Translations under genes and position numbers: made by a program
In this document: positions 9,790 to 19,548 of the stretch, piece after piece
Position numbering within the stretch: position 1 is the stretch's first letter
How the letters are laid out: each line of letters begins with the position of its first letter
Origin: Leptolinea sp. UBA5366
GTDB lineage: Bacteria > Chloroflexota > Anaerolineae > Anaerolineales > Anaerolineaceae
Assembly: GCA_002407845.1 (NCBI GenBank)
Contig: DHPK01000010.1
Span: 44,837 to 108,836, forward strand
Reading direction: 5' to 3'
Length of the DNA: 64,000 nucleotides
The notes under the pieces: generated by a model
The model's input: the letters and a program-made list of their open reading frames with translations, nothing else
Database searches by the model: none
What the model was told of the DNA's origin: nothing

Positions 9790-10499
9790 ATGCTTAATTC
9801 TAGGGGCAGATGGCTGAAAACAGAATTTTTCAACAAGTTTTTCTTGTTGATTCTGCATGAGTAACTGATGTGGGATTTGCAGCGATCTGCAAAATTAACA
9901 TCAAATTCAATACCGGATAGGTTAAAAAGTCTCTCAAGATGGCACAACGGAAACCCCACCACGCAGGCATAGCAGCCGTTGATTGACTTGACTAACGGAA
10001 AATCGGTGTTCTGAATTGCATAAGCGCCAGCCTTCCCCATCGGGTCACCCGTCGCGACATATTCTTGAATCATCGCGGCAGTCAGCGGCTTCATCTTGAC
10101 TTCGGTGTCGCAATAGGTACTGATCAATTCGACCCTGTCGCTGCCGGCTGGCTTGCTGCACAGCACGACGGCAGTGCAGACATGATGCGAACGGCCTTGC
10201 AGGGAGCCTAATATCTCACGCGCGTGCGCGGCATTTTCAGGTTTTCCTAGGATTTCATTCCCAAGGTAGACCGTTGTGTCGGCTGTCACGATTGGAAATT
10301 CGGCATAAGGGAACTTTTTCAGACTCGCCAGCGCTTTGCTGCGGGCGATTCGCTGACAATAATCAAGCGGCAGTTCGTTTTCATAAGGCGTTTCATCGAT
10401 ATCGGTTGAAAGAGTGGTGAACTGGTCTGTAACCCAGGTAAGCATATCAATTCTTCTGATTGATGAAGACGCGAGCAAGATTTTTAACCCATTCTGCAT
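9786..10499 (-). CDS. maf: Maf family nucleoside-triphosphate pyrophosphatase
   Basis: LLASSSIRR, ADT, LGKP and KAGAYAIQ. Start placed at ATG 10499, 7 nt after an extended -10 (TGATAGAAT). Confidence 0.9.
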   Translation of the reverse strand: MQNGLKILLASSSIRRIDMLTWVTDQFTTLSTDIDETPYENELPLDYCQRIARSKALASLKKFPYAEFPIVTADTTVYLGNEILGKPENAAHAREILGSLQGRSHHVCTAVVLCSKPAGSDRVELISTYCDTEVKMKPLTAAMIQEYVATGDPMGKAGAYAIQNTDFPLVKSINGCYACVVGFPLCHLERLFNLSGIEFDVNFADRCKSHISYSCRINKKNLLKNSVFSHLPLELSI

Positions 10500-10582
10500 A
10501 TTGAAGATTCTATCACACTCAGCTCTCCGAAGTTTTATATAATGAATAGAAAAACCATGCAGCACCTGCCAGAGGAGCGTGA

Positions 10583-11182
10583 ATGAATAAGCCGAAAAAA
10601 CTTATGGAAATGACCAACCAGGAGCTGTGGCAGCTATTTCCGATTATTCTAAAAGAACATGATTCTGACTGGGAAAAGCAATACCAGATCGAATCAGCCC
10701 GGATCATTGACTGGGTGGGAGCTGAATCGATCGCGCGCATCAGCCATATCGGCAGTACCGCCGTCCCGAACCTGATTGCCAAACCGACCATCGATATCCT
10801 GCTCGAACTAAAGTCTGATGCCCGTCCCGCAGACTGGCTGGGAAAGTTTGAGAATGCTGGCTATATTGTGCTCAAAAAAACCGAAAACCCGCCTCCGCAT
10901 CTGTTGTTGATGCAGGGCTATACCCAAGCCGGATTTGCCGGTCAGGCTTATCATGTGCATGTCCGCTATTTCGGCGACTGGGATGAGCTCTATTTTCGCG
11001 ATTATCTCTACGCTCATCCAAATGCTGCGTTATCTTATGGTGAGTTGAAAAGAAATCTTCAGCGGCAGTTTGAGCATGATCGAGATGGCTATACCAATGC
11101 CAAGGGAGAGTTGATTCGGAAATTGACACTTCAAGCACGTCAGGAATTCGGACCAAAGTATGGGAAAATGAAAAATAGTTGA
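10583..11182 (+). CDS. GrpB/UPF0157 family nucleotidyltransferase-fold protein
   Basis: HIGSTAVPNLIAKPTIDI, FRDYL and YTNAK motifs. Confidence 0.9.
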   Translation: MNKPKKLMEMTNQELWQLFPIILKEHDSDWEKQYQIESARIIDWVGAESIARISHIGSTAVPNLIAKPTIDILLELKSDARPADWLGKFENAGYIVLKKTENPPPHLLLMQGYTQAGFAGQAYHVHVRYFGDWDELYFRDYLYAHPNAALSYGELKRNLQRQFEHDRDGYTNAKGELIRKLTLQARQEFGPKYGKMKNS

Positions 11183-11255
11183 TTGACAACTATCTTGTCT
11201 GGTCAAGTCAGGTATACTTAATATCAAATGATTTCATGGTGTCAGGAGACCGGAA

Positions 11256-11723
11256 ATGGGAAAACAAGATAAAAAAAGCAATATTTTAGCCAGTATTTTT
11301 AGTCTTGCCAACAAAATCCAATCCGTTGGCGATGCCATGATGCCTGCGGTGACGATGAAGCAGTTTCAGCTGCTGGACACGATTTCCAAGAGTCAGAAAT
11401 TGACGATGTCTCTCTCAGAATTAGCATTTTCAATCGGAAGTTCACGCCAAAACGTTAAGAAAATGGCTCTTATCCTTGAAAAACAGGGATTACTGATGCT
11501 GTCGAAGGATAAAAACGATGCGCGCGTTCTTTTAGTTGGGCTGACCGAACAAAGCGCTGCTTGTCTGCGTGAACGGTCTGAATTGGACGGGACTTACCTC
11601 AATGATTTATTTGATGGATTGGATAACAAAACGCTCAAAGTGCTGGCAAAAAGCTGCGATCGAATTTCAAAAAATGTCAATGCGATTGAAGCTCGCAATC
11701 TGAAAAAACAATCCCCGGGCTGA
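11256..11723 (+). CDS. MarR family transcriptional regulator
   Basis: Winged HTH: SLSELA...SRQNVKKM..LEKQG...DAR...LT; AGGAG RBS. Confidence 0.88.
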   Translation: MGKQDKKSNILASIFSLANKIQSVGDAMMPAVTMKQFQLLDTISKSQKLTMSLSELAFSIGSSRQNVKKMALILEKQGLLMLSKDKNDARVLLVGLTEQSAACLRERSELDGTYLNDLFDGLDNKTLKVLAKSCDRISKNVNAIEARNLKKQSPG

Positions 11724-12096
11724 TTTTTCACGACTAAGATCACTGCCGGAAATGTTCTGCCCCGGCAGCCAGGGGACTTCTGAGAATATCAATTTTTGCT
11801 GAAATTTGAAGACCTTTGCCTCGGTGAGGGTCTTTTATGATTCAAGTTGGAAAAACCGGAAATCCAACAGTTGGCTAATATAAAATTATAAAGAACTCAA
11901 AGTTTTGGAAGAAAGATCATTCAAGTACTTGACTTGTCCCCTGTGGGCTGATGTAATAATAGAGATAGTGGTTCGCTAAGTTACTGTTTTAGAGTTTAAA
12001 AGATTTCGGAAATAGTCAAAACTGATAACACAGTGTCTTCTATTTGTACTGGAATGAATAAAATGCCTTTGTAATTTATTAATATTGGAGATTGAC

Positions 12097-13110
12097 ATGG
12101 AAAATCAAGATAAAGGTGAGTTAATAATCTATCAATCTGAAGATGGTTTAACACATATCGATGTAAAACTTGAAGACGAAACAATTTGGTTGACTCAAGA
12201 ACAACTTGTGAATTTATATCAAACTAGTAAAGCTAATGTAAGTGAGCATATCAAAAATATATTTGAAGAAGGTGAGCTAGATAAAGATTCAGTTGTTCGG
12301 AATTTCCGAACAACTGCCTCGGATGGGAAAAAATATAATGTTTATCACTATAACTTGGACATGATAATTTCTTTAGGCTATAGAATTAAGTCTTCTGTTG
12401 CAACAAGATTTAGAATGTGGGCGACTGAGCGCCTAAAAGAATATATGATCAAAGGCTTCACGATGAATGACGACCGTCTGAAAGAACTTGGCGGCGGAAA
12501 TTATTGGAAAGAATTATTAGATCGTATACGTGATATTCGTTCCTCTGAAAAGGTAATGTACCGCCAAGTATTGGATCTATATGCTACAAGTATCGACTAT
12601 GACTCCGAAAGTGCTGAGTCGATCCAATTTTTCAAAATCGTACAAAACAAACTTCATTATGCGGCTCATGGTCATACTGCTGCTGAGCTTATTTATGACA
12701 GAGTAGATGCAGATAAACCGTTTATGGGGTTAACGACGTTTACAGGCGAATTGCCAAGAATGAAAGACATTCGTGTGGCAAAAAATTACCTTGATGAAAA
12801 TGAACTTAAAGTCCTGAACAACTTAGTCTCTGGTTATTTTGATTTTGCTGAGATCCAAGCGATGAGAAAGAATCCCATGTATATGAAAGACTATATCTCT
12901 CACCTGGATGCTATCCTTTCTTCCACCGGTGAACAGCTTCTTGATGGAGCTGGAAAAGTAAGTCATCAGCAAGCCCTGGACAAAGCTCAAGCAGAGTATA
13001 AGAAATTTCACGCAAAAACTCTGACCGAGGTAGAAAAGAATTATTTTGAAACAATTAAAATGCTTGAAAAGAAAGCCAAGAAGAACGAAGGTGTTTATCA
13101 CCACGAATGA
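12097..13110 (+). CDS. RhuM family (virulence RhuM) protein in an AT-rich insert
   Basis: ETIWLTQ, VSEHIKNIF.EGEL, YNLDMIISLGYRIKS..ATRFR.WAT, IRDIRSSEK and QNKLHYA; GGAG RBS before ATG 12097. Confidence 0.93.
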   Translation: MENQDKGELIIYQSEDGLTHIDVKLEDETIWLTQEQLVNLYQTSKANVSEHIKNIFEEGELDKDSVVRNFRTTASDGKKYNVYHYNLDMIISLGYRIKSSVATRFRMWATERLKEYMIKGFTMNDDRLKELGGGNYWKELLDRIRDIRSSEKVMYRQVLDLYATSIDYDSESAESIQFFKIVQNKLHYAAHGHTAAELIYDRVDADKPFMGLTTFTGELPRMKDIRVAKNYLDENELKVLNNLVSGYFDFAEIQAMRKNPMYMKDYISHLDAILSSTGEQLLDGAGKVSHQQALDKAQAEYKKFHAKTLTEVEKNYFETIKMLEKKAKKNEGVYHHE

Positions 13111-13521
13111 ATCATTGGAAAATTATTGTAAGGGCTAATAGCCTTCACTAATGGTTTTAAGGGACAGAGACAAGGGCATTGAAAAGCTTAGCGATCGTTA
13201 CCGACAATCGAGTTGCTGGAGAAAAACTCAGATTATTGAGGTGCCCTACGGATGTGTCGATCGAAAATCTAATTGAACAGATAGAAGGCTTCGGCGAAAT
13301 TCGATCTTATGATGAATAGTATCAGTCCAATGGCGAGAAATTGCAGTCCCTCCGATCAGAAAATGCAAAAAATGACTAATATCAATGAGAGATGCGGATT
13401 GCGAAGGGCAAAGTATTGCTGGCAAATGAAACACAAAAAAAACAATTCCGGCTTACGGCAAATCTTGACGCTCTCCAGTTGAAAGTCTTCGCTCGGCTAT
13501 AATTAATCTCACGGATAAATT

Positions 13522-14664
13522 ATGACAAAAATTCTGCATGTGATCACGGACTTAGATGTCGGCGGGGCTGAGATGGTGCTGACGCAGGCTGCGCCAGCTC
13601 TTGCTCAACGCGGCTTTCAGCAGGCAGTAATTTCCTTGAGTTCTCCCGGCGCATTGGAAACGAGACTGCGAAATCATGGCATTCCGGTGACCAGCCTGGG
13701 GATGAAAGCTGGATGTCCGAGCTTGTCTGCTTTTCGGAAACTGCGCGCACTTATCCGCGACTTTCAGCCTGACCTGATCCATTCCTGGCTCTATCATGCG
13801 GATCTTTATGCCTCGCTGGCTGCGCAGAGAATGTCCGTGCCGGTCATCTGGGGGCTCCATAATGCCACACTCAGTCCGGATGCGAAATTGTCAACTAAAG
13901 CTGTGGTTCGGCTGCTGGCATGGCTCTCAAACAAGATTCCCTGTCAGATTCTGACCTGTTCACAATCCGGAGGAGAAAACCATATTCGGCTCGGATATGC
14001 TGGGCAAAAAATGATCTTCGTTCCAAATGGGTTTGACACAGATCGCTTCTGTCCGAATGTTGAAATTCGGCAGCGGAAACGGCTGGATTTTGGTGTTAGT
14101 GCCGACGAAATTCTGATCGGCAATGTCTCCCGTTTCGATGCCCAAAAAGATCACCGGACGCTGATCAACGCTTGGGGGCAGCTAGTGCAGCGCGAACCCA
14201 AACGTAAATTGCGATTCTTACTGGCAGGAAAAGGGCTGGATGCTGTTAACAGCCAACTGCTGCAGTGGCTGTCGGAAGCCGGGATCAGCGATCGAACGCT
14301 GCTGCTCGGCATCTACGAGGACATCCCGCATGTTTTAAACGCGCTTGATTTGTTTGTGCTCTCGTCAATCGGAGAAGCATTCCCAGTTGCGCTGGGAGAA
14401 GCGATGGCAGCGGGACTGCCGTGTATCAGCACAAACGTCGGCGATGCGGCACTTCTGTTAGGCGCTGCCGGCACGAATGTTCCGCCTGCTGACGCGCAGG
14501 CGCTCACATCCGCAATGCAGACTTTTCTGAATCTGGATTCGGCTGATCAAATGAAGCTGGGCGTTATGGCGCGGGAACGGATCCTTGCGAATTTTTCACT
14601 CGAGCGGATGATTGATGCCTATATCGAAATTTATCAATCTTGCCTGATAAAGGCAAAACCGTAA
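13522..14664 (+). CDS. Glycosyltransferase family 4 (GT-B)
   Basis: DVGGAE, PNGFD, KDH and EAFPVALGEAMAAG motifs. Confidence 0.92.
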   Translation: MTKILHVITDLDVGGAEMVLTQAAPALAQRGFQQAVISLSSPGALETRLRNHGIPVTSLGMKAGCPSLSAFRKLRALIRDFQPDLIHSWLYHADLYASLAAQRMSVPVIWGLHNATLSPDAKLSTKAVVRLLAWLSNKIPCQILTCSQSGGENHIRLGYAGQKMIFVPNGFDTDRFCPNVEIRQRKRLDFGVSADEILIGNVSRFDAQKDHRTLINAWGQLVQREPKRKLRFLLAGKGLDAVNSQLLQWLSEAGISDRTLLLGIYEDIPHVLNALDLFVLSSIGEAFPVALGEAMAAGLPCISTNVGDAALLLGAAGTNVPPADAQALTSAMQTFLNLDSADQMKLGVMARERILANFSLERMIDAYIEIYQSCLIKAKP

Positions 14665-14685
14665 AAGCAGCTCTGTACGGCGGCT

Positions 14686-14919
14686 TTACGCCTGCCGGCG
14701 TGCGATCAGCGCGAGCAAATCCCCGACAGTTCTAACTTTTATCGCTTCTTCGGTTGTAAATTTCACCGAAAAAGACTCCGAGACAGCAGCCAGCAGCTGA
14801 ATATTGGCAAAGGAATCCCAGCCCGGCACGTCCTCCGGAGAGGTTTCTGCATCAATGACCAGGGCTTCGTCCTCAAAGATGTCACGCATCAGGTCTTGTA
14901 ATTTTTGGTGATTGTCCAT
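14686..14919 (-). CDS. Acyl carrier protein (FkbH-associated type)
   Basis: 77 aa acidic protein with GWDSF phosphopantetheine-Ser motif and TVGDL C-terminus; start overlaps the FkbH 3' end. Confidence 0.88.
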   Translation of the reverse strand: MDNHQKLQDLMRDIFEDEALVIDAETSPEDVPGWDSFANIQLLAAVSESFSVKFTTEEAIKVRTVGDLLALIARRQA

Positions 14920-16744
14920 TTTCCGACTCTTCCTCAAACCAAGTTTCAAAAGGATTGTACCGCTTAACATCCAGCCGATATTTTTTTATGCCGAATTCCT
15001 CAGAGATCAGCTCAAACCCGAGTTCCTCATACAGTTCAGCGGTCAGTTTGTTTCTTTCGCTTGGAATGTATTCAGCCATCAGCAAAGGGACCTGCCGGCT
15101 GCGGGCGAAATCAACCAGCCAGTTCATAGTCCGATATTCAAGCCGGCGCTGAAAAACCCGGCAGCTCATGACCCAAGTGTCGATAAATAAGGTGTTTTCT
15201 GCTGAATCACGGCTCAGGATTAAGGCTGAGATGATCCCGTATTGACTGAATTTATCAGTCAGCGAGACGCGGATCAGCGCTCGGTTGCTGTCCTGAGCAG
15301 TTTCGGTAATTTCGGCTTCGCTGTATCGTTTGGTGCGCAGATTGAACTGGTTCGTCTTGTTGATCAGCTGGGTGATGCGGGTCAGCTCGGCTGGCTGAGC
15401 AGCGCCAATTTCAACGCGCATCTGAAGTGCGCGGAGATAAGCCGGATAATCGAGCTGCGCGTTCAGCGCGGCACGGTCCTGATCAGCCAGAATGCTTTCG
15501 GTGCGGGACAGATCTTCAGCCGTGAACTGCTCCCAGTCAAAACAGCGCGCGCGGGTTAATGCCAGGCTGAAATCCGCGGGGTCTTCGGGCACGTTGATCA
15601 CCTCAACCATCGGCAGTGTCTTTTTTACCAGCTCGCGCTCGGCAGGATTATCGTCAAAGAATACCAGCGCATCGACCCCGATGTTCAAAGATTTTGCAAT
15701 CAGCCTGAGATTCGCAGCTTTATCATTCCAATTGGCAGCGAACGCAGCAAAGTCAGCCCTTTTCAGGAGCATGCCCGGGTGATGATCAAAAACGCTTTCG
15801 GCGACTTCCGGTTCATTCTTGCTGCAGACTGCGAGCAGAATTCCGCGTTCTCTGAGCTTTTTCAGCGTCTTTTGAAAATCGAGAAATGCCTCGCCGACTG
15901 CATTGTTCGGATCAAGGTTGATGCCCTCCAGCCCATCGTCACCGACCACACCGCCCCAAAGCGTGTTATCCAAATCGACCGCCAGGCATTTTTTTATCTT
16001 TCCGCTGCCGGCAGCAAGTTGGCGTGCCGCTGCGTAACAGAATTCGGGCAGCGCACTCAGCGCGGCTGCCTGCTTACTGATAAACCAGGCTGAATTGTCG
16101 AACCAGCGATCCTTGCCAAAATCCGACGCCAGCGCTTCTTGATCGATGAATTGCAGAAACGGCGGTTTGCGGGTAAGCATCCGGCTGTTAACCAGCCTGA
16201 TGAATTGGTCTGGACTGGCAGGCAGGTTGGCTTCCTGACTGCCCAACAGGTGAAGGTTGGGCACCGCGAAATTTGTCAGATAGATCTGTGCGCCGGTTCG
16301 CTGATGAACTTTCTCCCAAGTCAGAATTGTGCTGTCGGCATATGCATCTGCTAGGGTTTCCGCGGTTTCTGCTGAAGCGAGCAAATTCGGATATTGGTGC
16401 AGGTCGCGATAATTAGTTAAGGCGATCACGACCTCCGGTTGAAAAGCGTAAAAAGCCGACGTCTGGTCTCTGATTTCGCTCTCCATTCCGCTGTAAGCTC
16501 CTTCAAAAAGGCTCGGTGCAAGTCCATGCGCGTACAGGAATGGACGGAGAACCGCGCAGAAAAACTGGACATTGGCTGTTCCGATGACCGCGATCCGTTT
16601 GCGGATAAGCTGCGGATTATTGGTTTGGATTTCTGCTTCAAACGGCATTATTTTTCTGGATAAGGTCATTAATTCCGGCGCAGAGAGACTGCGCAGATCG
16701 GTAGAAAACAGGCGGTTTTCGACTTCTTGAATTTTGCTTGTCAT
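14882..16744 (-). CDS. FkbH-like HAD-IIIC glyceryl transferase/phosphatase with C-terminal GNAT-like domain
   Basis: DLDNTLWGG, CSKN, FFDDNPAER, KTNQFNL and WVMSCR motifs. Confidence 0.93.
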   Translation of the reverse strand: MTSKIQEVENRLFSTDLRSLSAPELMTLSRKIMPFEAEIQTNNPQLIRKRIAVIGTANVQFFCAVLRPFLYAHGLAPSLFEGAYSGMESEIRDQTSAFYAFQPEVVIALTNYRDLHQYPNLLASAETAETLADAYADSTILTWEKVHQRTGAQIYLTNFAVPNLHLLGSQEANLPASPDQFIRLVNSRMLTRKPPFLQFIDQEALASDFGKDRWFDNSAWFISKQAAALSALPEFCYAAARQLAAGSGKIKKCLAVDLDNTLWGGVVGDDGLEGINLDPNNAVGEAFLDFQKTLKKLRERGILLAVCSKNEPEVAESVFDHHPGMLLKRADFAAFAANWNDKAANLRLIAKSLNIGVDALVFFDDNPAERELVKKTLPMVEVINVPEDPADFSLALTRARCFDWEQFTAEDLSRTESILADQDRAALNAQLDYPAYLRALQMRVEIGAAQPAELTRITQLINKTNQFNLRTKRYSEAEITETAQDSNRALIRVSLTDKFSQYGIISALILSRDSAENTLFIDTWVMSCRVFQRRLEYRTMNWLVDFARSRQVPLLMAEYIPSERNKLTAELYEELGFELISEEFGIKKYRLDVKRYNPFETWFEEESENGQSPKITRPDA

Positions 16745-19461
16745 GGAATCCCCAAGGTCTTGTCAAACAGACCGATGAATTGGATGAGCGGCTCGATGTT
16801 CAGCAAATAGCCAAGGCTTTCGCTGACTAAATAAGTTCCGGTAATGACCAGGACTGACATAATCAAGACTGCAGGCAGGATCAGCAGCGTTTTTCTGCCC
16901 TGAATATTCGTGATGCCGTAAATCGCCATGGAGACTGAGATAAGCCTGAAAAGGCTGATGATCAGGAACCAGAAATCTCTATAACCGGCAAAAAGCGCGC
17001 CGAGCCAGATAAAATCAAAAACCGTAGTGAACATCAGACAGCGGATAAAGACATCCCACTTCACCGCTTTACGGAGCGCTGAAATCGCGCCATAGCTAGC
17101 AGTCGCAATGATCGCCCAGGTGATCAGCCAGATAAATGCGCCGGACATCAACCCGTCGTGACTTTTCACTAATAGTCCAGCCGTGAGCATCGTCACGAAC
17201 AGGGAAAAGGCCGAAAGCAGCAGCGCCGGTCCATTCAGTGTCGGATCCAGACTGATTTTTCGATAGACAGACGATTGAAACAAGATAACGTCCCGTGCCA
17301 GTGGTGTCCAATGCTTTGTATCTTTGATTCCTTTCAGAAGATTTTTCCAGGACCATTCTTCTGTCCTGTTTTCTTCGCTTTGAACCAGCACTTCTTTTTC
17401 TGAGACGACCTCGCGCCGCGCTTTCAGAACTTCATAAACTTCATTCGAATTGATAATATCAGCTGGAATCTCAATGCTAGCTGGATGGAAGATGAAAGCT
17501 TCATTTTGATCTCCTCCCATTCCGCCGTGCGACCCAATCAGCTCTTCGAAGGCGGCAACGGTTCCGTCGGGGTAAAGGGTCGAAAACAGCACGACGTCTC
17601 CCCCGTCTGGAAAGCTTGAAAGATAAGAAAGCTGAGCCGCCCGAACATCTGCGGCAGTGTAATTCAGCAGCGGGTCGAACCCCTTAATTTCATTCGTTAT
17701 CAGGTTACGCGAGCCGTTTTTCCCGATTGCCCACGGCTGCCCGTCTTTTTCCAAGATCATGACACCGATGCCGGGGTGCCGGATAATTCGATCGCAAAGC
17801 GTAGGGTAATGGCTTTCAATCGATTCGTAATTGACTTTTTCTTCAGCAAAAGTGAAATAAACGTTTGCAAGATTGCCGCTGACCAACACCCAAATATCGT
17901 TGACGGCTGGCTTTGTGGATACCAGCGCCTCGTCCGAATCGCTTTCAATCACGGTTTCGAGTTTTGTAATTGTTTTCTTTGAGAGCGGCATCTGCTGCGT
18001 TTGTTCCTGCCCGCTCAGCGTCGTCAGCGCAGCCGAAAGGCTGGACTCGTTGTCAGAATGGCTGCCGATCCCGATCACCTGTGAGGATGTGCCGAAATTT
18101 GCGCTCAGCTGGGCAGCTTCGTTGATGAAATCTCCGAGACTGACGCCGTAACGCTGTTTGAATGTTTTACCGAATGACTGCCCGTGGTCGGACAGAATGA
18201 ACATCTCGTATTGACGCTCAGTCGATTCATCAATTGTGTGATGGATTTTCCGGATGGAACGATCAATCCCGACCAGTGCGTGCAAGGCTTCAAAACTGTC
18301 TGGCCCGGAGTGATGTGCGATTTCGTCATAGCCATAAAACGTTGTGTAGGTCGCAGGTCCGCCGCGCGCGATTTCGTTCATTGTCAAGGTCGTTGAGATG
18401 TCACGCAGCAGCACATTGGTTGCTCCGCGCAGCAATGGATAGAAATGACGCAGCCGTTTCAACCGCGGCTCCTTTCGACGAATAACCGCCCAGCCGTATT
18501 GGATCATTTCGACCACGGCATCAACCAGCGTGTTGATGATTGACTTGGTCAGCAAATAAGGGTTGAGAGAGAAGAAATATAAACTGAGGTTGCGCCGATT
18601 TTTATCATCCGGGTTTTTTGGCTGGATCGAGCTGACAGTGAAAAGCGAGACCGATGCGTTTCCTGACATCAGATTGTTGATGCTCATTCCGCCCTGATCC
18701 AGCAGTCCGCCTGTCTGATCTGACAGAATCCGTTGTTCCATGTAATCAGCGTCCTGAAAACTCCCCGAAGAGATCATCCTGCGGTTTTTCTTGTCAAACC
18801 AGCGATAAGCACAGATATTAAAATTATTCCCGTACATGATGCCTGCTTGACAAGAGGAAGTCTGAGAGGGAATTCCGCAATCCACGCGCGTGATTGCATA
18901 TTTACCAGAATCAAGCAGCTCTTTTAGGAAGGACATTTGCCTGCGATTAACTGAATTTTTGAAACGCGAATAGGAAAGTCCGTCAATTTCAAGCACGACA
19001 ATGCCTGTGTTTTCCGGATTTTCCAAGTCCGATCGGCGCCGGATTTGCTTGCTCAGAATGTCGTGATAAAGCAAGTCGTCGTCTATTGGGATTAAAATTG
19101 AAATGAAGATATTGACCAGCGCAATAATGAAAGAAGCATAGAATGCTTCAATAAAAGTCGCAACGCGGAAGAGGTTTGAAAATCTTTGAACCAGAAGCAG
19201 AACGAGGGCGTTGACGATCAGCGAGAATAAGCCAAAAGTAACCCCATTGATTGGAATTGTGAGCAGCAGAATAATCGGGCGGATCAGCAGGTTCATGAGG
19301 GTAAACACAAAGCCGATCGCCATGACGGTCACCATCATCGGCATATGCGGATTGGGAGTAATTGTGATGCCGGGCAGGATCAGCGTGCACAGCAGGAGAC
19401 ACAGGGCATTAAAAACCCAAAGCCAGAGGAACCGAAAGAAAATTACAAAGATATTTCTCAT
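16741..19461 (-). CDS. Membrane protein: phage-holin_4_2/YvlD-like N-terminus, alkaline-phosphatase-superfamily phosphodiesterase, and C-terminal multi-TM (Yip1-like) domain
   Basis: NLLIRPII.LLTIPIN..TFGLF (4-TM holin family); EIDGL, PSQTSS, YDEIAHH, LSDHGQ and GSHGG metal/nucleophile motifs; about 5 extra TM helices at the C-terminus. Confidence 0.8.
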   Translation of the reverse strand: MRNIFVIFFRFLWLWVFNALCLLLCTLILPGITITPNPHMPMMVTVMAIGFVFTLMNLLIRPIILLLTIPINGVTFGLFSLIVNALVLLLVQRFSNLFRVATFIEAFYASFIIALVNIFISILIPIDDDLLYHDILSKQIRRRSDLENPENTGIVVLEIDGLSYSRFKNSVNRRQMSFLKELLDSGKYAITRVDCGIPSQTSSCQAGIMYGNNFNICAYRWFDKKNRRMISSGSFQDADYMEQRILSDQTGGLLDQGGMSINNLMSGNASVSLFTVSSIQPKNPDDKNRRNLSLYFFSLNPYLLTKSIINTLVDAVVEMIQYGWAVIRRKEPRLKRLRHFYPLLRGATNVLLRDISTTLTMNEIARGGPATYTTFYGYDEIAHHSGPDSFEALHALVGIDRSIRKIHHTIDESTERQYEMFILSDHGQSFGKTFKQRYGVSLGDFINEAAQLSANFGTSSQVIGIGSHSDNESSLSAALTTLSGQEQTQQMPLSKKTITKLETVIESDSDEALVSTKPAVNDIWVLVSGNLANVYFTFAEEKVNYESIESHYPTLCDRIIRHPGIGVMILEKDGQPWAIGKNGSRNLITNEIKGFDPLLNYTAADVRAAQLSYLSSFPDGGDVVLFSTLYPDGTVAAFEELIGSHGGMGGDQNEAFIFHPASIEIPADIINSNEVYEVLKARREVVSEKEVLVQSEENRTEEWSWKNLLKGIKDTKHWTPLARDVILFQSSVYRKISLDPTLNGPALLLSAFSLFVTMLTAGLLVKSHDGLMSGAFIWLITWAIIATASYGAISALRKAVKWDVFIRCLMFTTVFDFIWLGALFAGYRDFWFLIISLFRLISVSMAIYGITNIQGRKTLLILPAVLIMSVLVITGTYLVSESLGYLLNIEPLIQFIGLFDKTLGIP

Positions 19462-19548
19462 AAGTTTTAATCAGCAAATCAAACTGCTGTCAATAATTAT
19501 AATGGACAGGGTTTCAGGATTGTTCGTTAAGGTTGGAGCGGGTGAGAT

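Noticed and set aside
13107-13380. Possible toxin/antitoxin partner or pseudogene after rhuM
   Set aside because: Only short broken frames that I cannot assign to any family by eye.
19080-19461. Prophage lysis gene (holin)
   Set aside because: It is a membrane domain fused to a phosphodiesterase, and no phage genes occur in the window.
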